From NCBI RefSeq assembly GCF_018977255.1, contig NW_024704743.1:49168001-49232000 (forward strand): DNA of 64,000 nucleotides, read 5' to 3'. The position numbers were made by a program, and so were the translations under genes. Under the pieces are notes generated by a model that worked only from the letters and a program-made list of their open reading frames with translations, searched no databases and was not told where the DNA came from. The DNA is from Callorhinchus milii (lineage: Eukaryota). Positions 40,758-51,777 of the stretch are shown here, one piece after another. How positions within the stretch are numbered: position 1 is the first letter of the stretch; each line of letters opens with the position of its first letter.

Positions 40758-42330
40758 AACAACAACAACAAGATTGTATTTATAGAGCGCCTTTCACGTC
40801 AGGAGGACGTCCCAAGGCGCTGGACAGTTGGGTTGGGACCCGAGTAGGGGGGAACTGGTCAGGGTGAGGGGAGGGAGGGATGAGGAGGGGAAGAGAGTTG
40901 AGAGGGGAGGTGAAGGCACGGTTGAAGAGAAAGGTTTTGAGACCGGCCTTGAAGGAGGAAAGGGAGGAAGCAAGGCGAAGGCACTGGGGGATGGAGTTCC
41001 AGAGCCTAGGAGCTGAGAGGCTGAAAGTCCGGCCACCGATGGTAGGGCAGTTAGGGCGGGGGATGTGGAGCAGACCGGAGCCAGGGGAACAGTGGGTACA
41101 GGCAGGTAGATAGGTCGGAGAGGTAGGAGGGTGCAAGGCCGTGAATAGCCTTGTAGGTGAGGATGAGGATCTTGAATTCGATCCTCTGGGGGATGGGAAG
41201 CCAGTGGAGGCGAGCGAGGGTGGGAGTGATGTGGTCCCGAAGTCTGGTGCGGGACCGTACATGAGCTGCAGAGTTCTGAATGACCTGCAGCTTGTGGAGG
41301 GAGGTGCCGGGAAGACCGACGAGGAGGGAGTTCCCGTAGTCCAGCCTTGAGGTGATAAAGGCGTGGACCAGAGTTTCAGCAGTGTGAGGGGTGAGGTAGT
41401 GCCGTAGTCTGGTGATGTTCCGGAGGTGGTGGAAGGCGGTGCCAGTTGTGGCGCAGATGTGAGGAAGAAAGTACAGCTCAGGGTCGAACAGAACGCCGAG
41501 GTTCCTGACTGGCTTTGAGAGGTGGAGAGTGCAGCCTTGGATGCTGATGCTGTCAGCGCCTGAGGTGCGGAGGCGCTGACGTGAGCCAATCAGGAGGGCC
41601 TCAGTTTTGCGCACGTTGAGCTGAAGAAAGTCTCTCGTCCAGGACTCGATGTCGGACAGGCAGCTGTCAGGACATCGGTGGTCGTGGAGTTGAGGGTAGA
41701 AGAGGAAAGGTAGAGTTGGGTGTCATCCGCATACATGTGGAAGTTAACCCCATGTCTGCGGATGATGTCACCGAGGGGGAGCATATAGAGGGTGAAGAGG
41801 AGGGGACCGAGGACAGAGCTCTGAGGGACACCGCACAAAACAGTGCGGGGGCCGGAGGAAAAGCCGTTTATAGAGACAAAATGAAGACGGTGGGAGAGGT
41901 AGGACCTAAACCACTCAAGGACAGGGCCTTGAAGGTTGAGGTGGGAGGACATGCGGTGGAGGAGGATAGAGTGGTCGACCGTATCGAATACGGCTGATAG
42001 GTCGAGGAGGACGAGGAGGCAGAGGGAGCCCTGGTCGCAAATGGTCAAGATGTCATTAGTGACCTTGACCAGAGCGGTTTCTGTGCTATGGGCAGCGCGG
42101 AAACCCGACTGAAGGGGTTCAAAAAGTGAGTGGGTGGAGAGGAAAGAGCGCAGCTGGGAGACGACAACTCTTTCGAGAACCTTGGACAGGAAGGGGAGGT
42201 TGGAGATGGGCCGGCAGCTTGATAGCTGCGACGCATCAAGGGAGGGTTTTTTCAATATGGGAGTGATGGTGGCCGTTTTGAGGGGAATGGGAACAGAGCC
42301 AGAGGAGAGGGACAGGTTAATAGTGTCTGT
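40758..42330 (-). mobile_element. L2-clade LINE, 5'-truncated (RT domain to 3' tail), frameshifted
   Basis: ORFs with [57 protein letters not shown]; ends in (TTG)n. Confidence 0.92.
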
Positions 42331-42659
42331 GAGAAGTGGGAAGTCTGTGAGAAGTCTCTCGGGTCTAGCTTTTATTTGTCTCTGTCTTCATTTCTCTCTC
42401 TCTGTCTCTTTTCTCTCGGATTTTCACTCAGTCTCTCTGCCTCATTGTCTCCCGGCAACCGCGCCGGAACCTAGATAATGTGTGTCTAATATTTATGCGA
42501 CAAATATTTACATTTATATTTATGCGGGCAGGCCTTCTGCCACTCTGCTCCTACCCTCTGGAACTCCATCCCGCGGTGCCTCTGCCTCACTCCCTCCTTT
42601 GCCTCCTTCGACATCCATCTCAAGATCCTCCTTGAAGACAAAGGAGAAAATGGGGTAGA

Positions 42660-42910
42660 GAACTGGGGATGATGGGTTAGAGATGTTAATGATGCAAAAC
42701 GAAGGGGTCTTCCTTGTCCTGCCTCCCCCCTCTCTGTTTGCCCTAAAAAGCCTCTCCCTCCCAACATGCCCCAGTTCTGATGAAAGGTCGTGGACCTGAA
42801 ACGTTGACTCACTTTCCTTTCTCCATAGATGCTGCCTGACCTGCTGAGTGTTCCCAGTCACTTCTGTTTTTGTTTTCAGATTTCCAGCATCTGCAGTATT
42901 TTGCGTTTTG
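42660..42910 (+). mobile_element. Penelope-like element terminal repeat fragment with hammerhead-like core
   Basis: ctgatgaaaggtc..gacctgaaacgttgact..gatgctgcctgacctgctgag..cagatttccagcatctgcag, a common chondrichthyan repeat. Confidence 0.65.
42773..42809 (+). ncRNA. Putative minimal type I hammerhead ribozyme motif
   Basis: AGUU-CUGAUGA-A-AGGUC(GUG)GACCU-GAAA-CG-UU-GACU; stems I and II pair and stem III is the palindrome AACGTT. Confidence 0.55.
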
Positions 42911-43374
42911 AATATATATTGCAATATGGTATTAACTTGTAATTTCACTGAAGGTCACCTGTATTACACCCTCAGAGGACAAGATTTCACGTCTCCACAT
43001 AGGTACACTTAATAATGAAATGAATGAATATACCAATGTATAGTTACATCATCCCAACAGGAGGGGGAGAGATCCTTCCCCACGTCATTTAAAAAGTCAT
43101 GTGAATATTCGTCACTCAGGTTATTCCAGATAATTATCAGTAGTTTGTCCTTGTTCAAAAGTGGGGAGAGAGTCGGGGGAGGGGATGAATTATAGCGACT
43201 TCCGTATGACAGTGACTGGATTTTTTTTTTAAAAATCTTGAGTAAGAATCTTACTCCATTGCTATGGAGGAATTGCCCGTGCGGGAGGCGGCTCTGGCTG
43301 CGGCGCTGTGCTGTGCGGGGGTGTGTGTGTGTGTGTGCGGGAGGGGGTGACAGGTCCCCGGAGTCCGCACGCAC

Positions 43375-43843
43375 AACAACAACAACAAGATTGCATTTAT
43401 AGAGCACCTTTCACGTCGGGAGGACGTCCCAAGGCGCTGGACAGTTGGGTCAGGACCCGAGCAGTGGGGGGAATGGTCAGGGTGAGGGGAGGGAAGGGAG
43501 GGAGTGAGGAGGGGGGAAATGGTCAGGGTGAGGGGAGGGAAGGGAGGGAGCGAGGAGGGGGTAGAGAGTCGAGAGGGGAGCTGAAGGCACGGTCAAAGAG
43601 AAAGGTTTTGAGACCGGCCTTGAAGGAGGAAAGGGAGGAGGCGGCGAAGGCACTGGGGGATGGAGTTCCAGAGCCTGGGGGCTGAGAGGCTGAAGGCCCG
43701 ACCACCGATGGTAGGGCGGTTGGGGCGGGGGACGTGGAGCAGACCGGAGCCAGAGGAACGGAGGGTACGGGCAGGTAGGTAGGGGGATAGTAGGTCGGAG
43801 AGGTAGGAGGGAGCAAGGCCGTGAATGGCCTTGTAGGTGAGGG
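43375..43843 (-). mobile_element. Young L2 3' fragment inside the CYCS upstream GC-rich region
   Basis: TLTYKAIHGLAPSYLSDLL..GGRAFSLSAPRLWNS; intact CpGs; (TTG)n tail. Confidence 0.9.
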
Positions 43844-43849
43844 TACACA

Positions 43850-44030
43850 CACGCTCCGCCCTGTTGGCCGCCCCTCCCTCTCTCTCTCCCTGTGACTGGC
43901 AGCTCGGCGGCCACTCAGTGCCGCCCCCCTCCCCTCCCTCCCTCCCTCCCGCCCCCCCAATGGCAGCAGTGCGGGGGCGGCACTTCCCGGCCTCCCAGAC
44001 ACACTTGCAAAAGCCGCTTATAAAATTCGC
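43850..44030 (+). promoter_or_regulatory. CYCS: CYCS core/proximal promoter in a CpG-rich island: several GC boxes, CCAAT (43957-43961), TATAAAA (44019-44025)
   Basis: CCGCCC/GGGCGG repeats, CCAAT and TATA in the usual spacing ahead of a GC-rich exon with a consensus donor. Confidence 0.75.
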
Positions 44031-44049
44031 CGGTAGTGGTCGGGCCTAC

Positions 44050-44104
44050 GACCTTGAGCCGGAGAGCGGGGACAGACTGCGGGGAGACGGGGCTCGGACA
44101 GGCG
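44050..44104 (+). other. CYCS: CYCS non-coding exon 1 (5' end approximate)
   Basis: Starts about 25-30 nt after TATA and ends at GCG|gtgagt; vertebrate CYCS has a non-coding first exon. Confidence 0.7.
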
Positions 44105-44496
44105 GTGAGTCGGGGAGAGGGGAGAGAGGGAGAGGGGAGAGGGGAGAGAGGGAGAGGGAGAGGGAGGATGGGAGCAGTTTGTGTAATGCCGGTGTGATGC
44201 GGGGTTTCCCGGGGCCGGTGCTGGGCTCTGGGCTGTCAGGGCGGCGGCGGCGGCGGCGGCGCTGCTGCCGCTGTGACAGTTGACCGGTTACGGGGTCCCC
44301 CCATCTGCCGCACGAGGGCTTCTCGCCTTCACGCGACCCCCACAAGTGATTTGTCTTCTCGGCGGTGGTCGGAGGGTTTTGACGGTTCCGAATGTTCGAC
44401 TTCCTCCGTTGTGCAGGAGGAGCGGGACCGGGAAACCGCGGAGTGCTGAGTGCCCACCGGGACAACGGGGACTGACCGGGGTCCACACTGACAGGG

Positions 44497-44507
44497 CAGC
44501 CCTCCCC

Positions 44508-44542
<35 letters not shown>

Positions 44543-46162
44543 ACACACACACACACCCCCCCACACACCCCCCCCACACACACACACACACCCACACACA
44601 CACACACCCACACACACACACACACACACACACAGCCCTCCCCCCCCCCCCCACACACACACCCCCCACACACACACACACCCCACACACACCACACACA
44701 CACACACAGCCCTCCCCCCCCCCCCCCCACACACACAACCCCCCACACACCCACACACACACAGCCCCCACACACACCCCACACACCCCCCCACACACAC
44801 ACACACACACACCCCACACACACACACCCCCCACACACCCCCCCACACACACACACACCCACACACACACAGCCCTCCCCCCCCCCCCCCACACACACAC
44901 CCCCCCACACACCCCACACACACACAGCCCCCACACACACCCCACACACCCCCCCACACACACACACACACCCCCCACACACACACACACACCCCCCACA
45001 CACACACCCCCACACACACACACACACACACCCCCACACACACACACCCCCCCACACACACCCCCCACACACACACCACACACCCACACACACACCCCCC
45101 CACACACACCCCCCCACACACACACCCCCACACACCCCCACACACACACACACCCACACACACACACCCCCCACACACACCCCCCACACACACACCCCCC
45201 ACACACACACCCCCCCCACACACACACACACACCACACACACACACCCCCCCACACACCCCCCCCACACACACACACACACACCCACACACACACACACA
45301 CCCCCACACACACCCCCCCACACACACACCCCCCCACACACACACCCCCCACACACACACACACACCCCACACACCACACACACCCCCACACACACCCCC
45401 CACACACACACCCCCCCACACACCCCACACACACACCCCCACACACACCCCCCCCCCCCCACACACACACACCCCCCACACACACACACCCCCCACACAC
45501 ACACCCCCCACACACACACACACACACCCACACACACACCCCCCCACACACACACCCCCCCACACACACACACACACACCCACACACACACACACACCCC
45601 CACACACACACCCCCCCACACACACCCCCCCCCCCACACACACACACACACACACCCACCCACACACACACACCCCACACACACCCACACAGCCCCCCCC
45701 CACACACAGCCCCCCCCCCCCACACACACCCCCCACACACACCCCCCACACACCCCCCCACACACACACACCCCCCACACACCCCACACACACACAGCCC
45801 CCACACACACCACCCCCCCCCCACACACACACACACCCCCCCACACACACCCCCACACACACACACACACACCCACACACACACACACCCCCCACACACA
45901 CACCCCCCCCCACACACACACACACACCCACACACACACACACACCCCCACACACACACCCCCCACACACACCCCACACCCCCCCCCCACACACACACAC
46001 ACACCCACACACACACACCCCACACACACCCACACAGCCCCCCCCCACACACAGCCCCCCCCCCACACACACCCCCCACACACACCCCCCACACACACCC
46101 CCCCCACACACACACCCACACAGCCCCCCCCCACACACAGCCCCCCCACACACACACACACA
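44497..46162 (+). repeat. Complex (CA)n/C-run low-complexity array, ~1.67 kb, in CYCS intron 1
   Basis: Almost only C and A, with recurring cacacagccc units. Confidence 0.97.
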
Positions 46163-46917
46163 TTGCAGCCGAGCTCGGGATCAGTGTGAGAAGCTGCTCC
46201 TCCTCTTCTCTTCTCGCCTCTCCCGGGAAAAAAATATGAAGCAGATAAAAAAAAAAAGCTTTTTTTTGTTGGTGTCTCCTCGTTTCGCTTTCCCGTCTCT
46301 CCTGGTCTGTTGCCGCTTCCGCCTTTTCACATGAACCACAGCCCTGAGTGACTGCGACTGACTCATTTCTGAGTTTCTGTCAGGATGTCCTCCCCCAGAG
46401 GCTCACTGCGAGATACACGTTCCTGTTTCGCTGCACTTTGATCCGAGTGCGAGTACTTTTGGCGGGAGGTGAAAAAAAAATGAAGCTTTTGAGCTTTGGT
46501 AAACCAGGTTCTGGTGAAGTGATGTTGAGCGGGAGCGGTATCCTGGCAGAGGTGGAGCAGGAGTTAAACCCCCCCCCCAGTCACGTGAGCAGCACATCAT
46601 CATCTCAGTGTATGTCACTGAGTTCCTGCTGGAGGTCAATGGCGAGGCTCAGGGTCAGAGAGGTGATGGCAAAGTGTGGCAGCTCCACAACGTGGCGCGC
46701 GTGACCCGGTCTCGGCTTCTGGTGTACAAGGAGGAAGGTGGCCCCAGAATTGTTGGGAGTGAGTGTGACTCACCGTGTCCTCAACAAAGTGTTGCGCAAG
46801 TATCTTTTGCCTCAAGTGGTATCGGTGACAGCTGAGGGAATATCTGGGGAGATTCCCTACCATTGGGGTGTGTGTGCTCTTCCCGCTCTGGGCTGCAGTG
46901 GATTTGGTCACAGGAGC

Positions 46918-47222
46918 GGTGTGTGTCAGGCTGCGCGTGTGTGTGTGTGTGTCAGGCCGTGTGTGTGTGTGTGTGTCTCAGGCCGTGTTTGTGTGTGTCA
47001 GGCTGCGCGTGTGTGTGTGTGTGTCAGGCCGTGTGTGTGTGTGTGTGTCTCAGGCCGTGTTTGTGTGTGTCAGGCCGTGTGTGTGTGTCAGGCCGTGTGT
47101 GTGTGTGTCAGGCCGTGTGTGTGTGTGTGTCAGGCCGTGTTTGTGTGTGTGTCAGGCCGTGTGTGTGTGTGTGTCAGGCCGTGTGTGTGTGTGTCGGGCC
47201 GTGTTTGTGTGTGTGTGTCAGG

Positions 47223-47259
<37 letters not shown>

Positions 47260-47556
47260 AGTCCGTGTGTGTGTGTGTGTCAGTCCGTGTGTGTGTGTGT
47301 GTCAGTCCGTGTGTGTGTGTGCGCGTCAGGCCGTGTGTGTGTGTGCGCGTCAGGCCGTGTGTGTGTGTGCGCGTCAGGCCGTGTGTGTGCGCGTCAGGCC
47401 GTGTGTGTGCGCGTCAGGCTGTGTGCGCGTGTGCGTGCCAGGCCGTGCGTGTGCGCGCCAGGCCGTGTGTGTGTGTGTCAGGCCGTGTGTGTGTGTCAGG
47501 CCGTGTATGTGTGTGTGTCAGGCCGTGCGTGTGCGTGCCAGGCCGTGCGTGTGTGT
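46918..47556 (+). repeat. (GT)n-CAGGCC minisatellite, ~640 bp, in CYCS intron 1
   Basis: Tandem caggcc(gt)n units. Confidence 0.97.
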
Positions 47557-48871
47557 AAGTTCTAGGGCGGGGCGGGGTTCCACTCCATTCCCTCGCGCTC
47601 TGTGTTGGGAGGTGTTGGGGCGCAGGAGCCTCCGTTGTGTCAGTGTGAGGATCACACAGTCCGGCCTGGGTTGGGGCTCCTTACAATGAATGAATGACCT
47701 TCAGTTTGACATTGGGAGGTTACAGTCAGTTGTTGGCATTTTCTTTTTGATCGGAGATCCGTGCACACCTTTTTTTCCACCCTCTATTTTCATTCATGGG
47801 AGTACAGTATTTAGTGCCTTTCGTATGTTTCAAAAAACGAAGAAATCCAATACCTATTAAACCAAACCTGGCTTTTTCGTTCCACCGTTGGGGGAAGGAG
47901 AAGTCGAGGGAAGGCCTCAAAGGCATTTGAAAGAAGGCTACAAAAAAGCAGGGTTTCGTACCACGTGTGTGTTCTGCTTGTATTACATTTGCAACCACGT
48001 TTTTTTTGAAAAAAAGATGCGTTTACATTTCGTCAACTAATTTATTGGTTATCTGGTACACAGCCTCACATATACTACACAGCTTTGATGGGATGTTTGT
48101 TTTTGTTACTGGGCAGATGAATACTGCAAAATGAAATAAAAAGATTAGGATAAAATGCTTCCCTAATATGTGTCTGGGGTTTTATTTGCAATGGGATTTA
48201 TGTCTCCAAAACCTATTCCTCCAATTTATTGTACTCAAAGAAAACCTGATTCCAGAGTCCATCACCTTCCGTGGCATGTGATCACATGATCTGGATTGCA
48301 CTGCTAGTACCCATTCCACTCGCATTAGCTTACAAAATACACAGTCAATCCACTTTACAATATATTCTGTGAAGCCCTTTGAGTCATCTCAACAATGTGA
48401 TAAGGGGCTAAAAATGCTTGTGCACCAGTTAGTCAATCTAGTTTTCTGATCTGTAAGTAACCCATGGTTCGGATTCATGAAACGTAAAACTGAAAAATTG
48501 TAGCATTGAAAGTGACACAGGGTTCAGGGCATATACTAAATGAGTTTTGAGTGGCACTTAATTTGATATTTCAATTTTCCAGTAATGCATTGACTGCGAT
48601 ATTTTACAACAGTCACAAGATGATAACCATGGTATAGTCCTAACCTTTCAATTTTATGTTTGACACGATCATAAACTGTTTGAAGTAACTACCCACAACT
48701 CTTGTTTCTGCTGATAAGATGTCATGATATGATGCTGCAGACAGATTTGCAATTCCACCTGGTGAAAGTTCATGATTGGTGACCTTGACTGCTGAACTAT
48801 TTTGCAATTGAACTGGGCAATTTTACCATGATAGTGATTTTTCACTTTTATCATAGGACTGACAAAGCAAA

Positions 48872-49040
48872 ATGGGTGACATTAACAAAGGCAAGAAGAT
48901 CTTTGTTCAGAAATGTGCACAGTGTCACACTGTTGAACAAGGAGGCAAGCACAAGACTGGACCAAACCTCTCAGGCTTGATTGGTCGCAAAACTGGACAG
49001 TCTCCAGGCTTCTCTTACACAGAGGCTAATAAAAATAAAG
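48872..49040 (+). CDS. CYCS: Cytochrome c, somatic: first coding exon (exon starts at 48857)
   Basis: [32 protein letters not shown] with the CxxCH haem motif; acceptor tatcatag|, donor AAAG|gtaagg. Confidence 0.98.
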
Positions 49041-49973
49041 GTAAGGTGTTACAGCATCTTGAAATTGCAGTCTCAGCCACCTATTCTGGTGGATTAAATG
49101 TTGCACAAATTGGGTATAGATATATCAATGATGTGTGATATCTTATTAAAATATATTGATTTCTTCAGATGTCTTTGTAAACCGACGTCCAATTTGGCAT
49201 TGTCTTCATTTTTTATCTATCAAAACTTCCATCAATGGTTATAAAACCATTGTTTTTAGAAACTTTTTAAGATTGTTATTTTTTCTCTCTGAATACTAAA
49301 AATGTGTGAAGGCTGAGCTAGGTGGGAACTTTACCAGGTATGTAAGAAGTGACTAGTGTCAGCTAGGTGAGGTTTCATTTAAACCCTTTGACACTGTTGA
49401 GAAATTATCTATTCAAAAGAGAAACTGTTGAAATTTCACAGATTTTTTTTGTTTAAAAAAATACCAGTTTTTGAAGGACAGTTTACTGTGACTCCCTTTT
49501 TTTTAGAGAGGTGAAATATAGACAGTAGTTAACATTTAACTTTGTGAGGAATACTGTTCTTTACTAATTTGCTAAGAAATGTATTTCTAAACTTTGGATT
49601 AAATACTGCACCTTATCAGTCCTGAATTCCACAGTTACTTTACAATTTTATGGTTCAACCAGATGCTATTATTCCAAGATTTGTGCTCATATTTGCTAGA
49701 CTAATATTTGCTGCATGAGGCAGTGCTCACGACAACTGTCTGAAATGTTGCTGGTGGGCAAAAGGACTCACGTTAGCCCACAAAATATACAGTCAATCCA
49801 CTTTACAATATATTCTGTGAAGCACTTTGAGTCATCTCAACATCGTGATAATATCAATATCAAATGCAAGGATTATTAGGATTTGGCATATTTTAGTTGT
49901 GGAATTAACTTGGGTAGGTAGATTAGATGTACTGTAGATATATTAGATGTAAAGTTGTCTTGTGCTTGTAATT

Positions 49974-50300
49974 GGAGTCCTGTAGCTCAGTGGTTAGAGC
50001 ACTCGCTTTGCAAGCGAGAGACCTGAGTTCAATTCCAGGCAGAGGGCGAAACCTTGGGCAAGTTTCCTTACTCCACACGCGTAATAATAATCCCTCCAAA
50101 ACCTAAAACAATAATAAATTGGTCATTTTCAATCTACGACTGTTTGTGGGACATTGCTGTGCGCAATTGGCTGCCCCGTTCGCCCACAAATATACAGTCA
50201 ATTCACTTTACAGTATATTCTGTGAAGCGCTTTGGGACGTCCTCCCGACGTGAAAAGCGCTATATCAAATGCAAGGATTATTATTATTATTATTATTATT
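49974..50300 (+). mobile_element. Young tRNA-derived SINE in CYCS intron 2. Family also at about 1-125, 1350-1698, 4390-4665(-), 7968-8277(-), 16555-16725(-), 23575-23775(-), 62400-62690, 63863-64000(-).
   Basis: A box TAGCTCAGTGG, B box GAGTTCAATTC, conserved body gggacattgctgtgcgcaattggctgcc, L2-like tail, (TTA)n end. Confidence 0.9.
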
Positions 50301-51394
50301 GCCACAATAATTCGTATGATAACAGCATTGAAGATAATTAGAGCAATACAATTGGAGTCCAGCTGATACAAGCTCAATCCTTGGCAGTCTTACACCAATT
50401 ATTTACAGATCCTGATCCTGGCTTTCAAGGAAATGGGATCTGTAAAGTCTAATCTCGTTGATTTTAATTTTCTGTAGCATTTTTTGGTAAATTATTCTAA
50501 TCCTTGCATTTGACACCCTGTTGGACCATCTTAAAGCATTTCACAAGTAATTGATATAAAATGAACTGACCTTGTATGTGTATGTGAACACATTTTCACA
50601 TAGCAATATTCCACAAAGCTGTGGAGTACATAACCAGGACACTGGGAGGATCTCCATTCTTGTTTTGAATAGTGTCATAGGCTCTTTAATGCCCACTTAA
50701 ACAGACAGATGTGACCTTGGTTTAACATTTGAATTCAAAGGCACCTCTGACAATGCAGCAGTCCCCAGCACTGCACAGAAGTCATCCTAGACTGTGTGAT
50801 TAAAGTCCTCATGAGACTTCAACTTACCCAACCCAGAAAAGGGAGTGCTCCCAATTGAGCTAGGCTAAGACTTATTTGTTACAGTTGTGTTAATGAACAG
50901 TTTCTAGAGTTTGCCTGTATGGAATGAAAAAAAACAGGTGTAGAATAAAATAAAGTAGATTCTGTTTCTCTTCCTCTTGGAGTGGAATGCTTGCTGTTCA
51001 TTCATTGCCACGATGACCCTCCTGGCTGAAAAGAGATTTATATGGCTCTCTTGGCTAAAGTGTTCAACTTTCCTTCAATTTTTATGTGAAATATTAAAAC
51101 ATGAAGTCCCATCTGCTTGTTTAGGTGGACTTTAAAAATCCAATGGTACTATTTGAAAAGAGAAGAGAGTTTATTTGGTGTTCAGGCCCCCAAAATTCCC
51201 CAAGTTAAATAAAGTAATTAATTTCTTGGCTGGTTGTGGAACATTGCTGTGATTGAATTTGCTGTACTGTTCCGCTTGCAAATGGATTCACTCTACCTTA
51301 CATTAAAAAAGTGCTTTGAGATGTTGACATAGTGAAGAGCTATATCAAATACAATAATTAATTTTTAAATGTTTATTCATTTTTTATAAAAAAG

Positions 51395-51543
51395 GTATCG
51401 TCTGGGGAGAGGAAACACTTATGGAGTACCTGGCAAATCCAAAGAAATATATCCCAGGAACAAAGATGATCTTTGCTGGCATCAAGAAGGCAAATGAACG
51501 TACCGATTTGATAGCGTACCTTAAATCTGCCACATCGCAGTAA
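51395..51543 (+). CDS. CYCS: Cytochrome c, somatic: last coding exon
   Basis: [49 protein letters not shown]; includes the Met80 ligand; 169+149 nt = 105 aa plus stop. Confidence 0.98.
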
Positions 51544-51771
51544 CTTTCAGTCACAGCATCTGCTGCCTTATTTATTGGAATGTAGTCATGTCTTCTAATT
51601 GGAAACCTGAAAGTGATGGTACTTTGAATATGGCAATTGTATTTTTAAAGATCAGTAGTGGATTCACCACATAATCCTGTCCAACCATGGCATTATCTAT
51701 CAAAGGTATCATTGTACAGTCGATCTGTTTTAAACCTGTGAATCACTGCTAACCCTTTCTGTTTGAAAGAC

Positions 51772-51777
51772 AATAAA
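51772..51777 (+). terminator. CYCS: CYCS polyadenylation signal
   Basis: AATAAA followed about 25 nt later by a U/GU-rich tract (ttttttttgttcattgtg). Confidence 0.7.

Noticed and set aside
40780..42478. Intact active LINE
   Set aside because: 5'-truncated, no endonuclease domain, and frameshifted between RT segments.
46918..47556. CRISPR-like repeat/spacer look of the CAGGCC units
   Set aside because: The spacers are (GT)n, the context is eukaryotic and there are no cas genes; it is a minisatellite.
44046..47689. Long ORFs of 231-705 aa (CVCVWGG.., HTHTP..)
   Set aside because: Translations of CA/GT microsatellite arrays that lack stop codons; no coding signature.
49974..50045. tRNA-Ala(TGC)-like sequence with a perfect anticodon stem
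   Set aside because: No acceptor stem, and it runs straight into the SINE body found in many copies; it is a SINE head.
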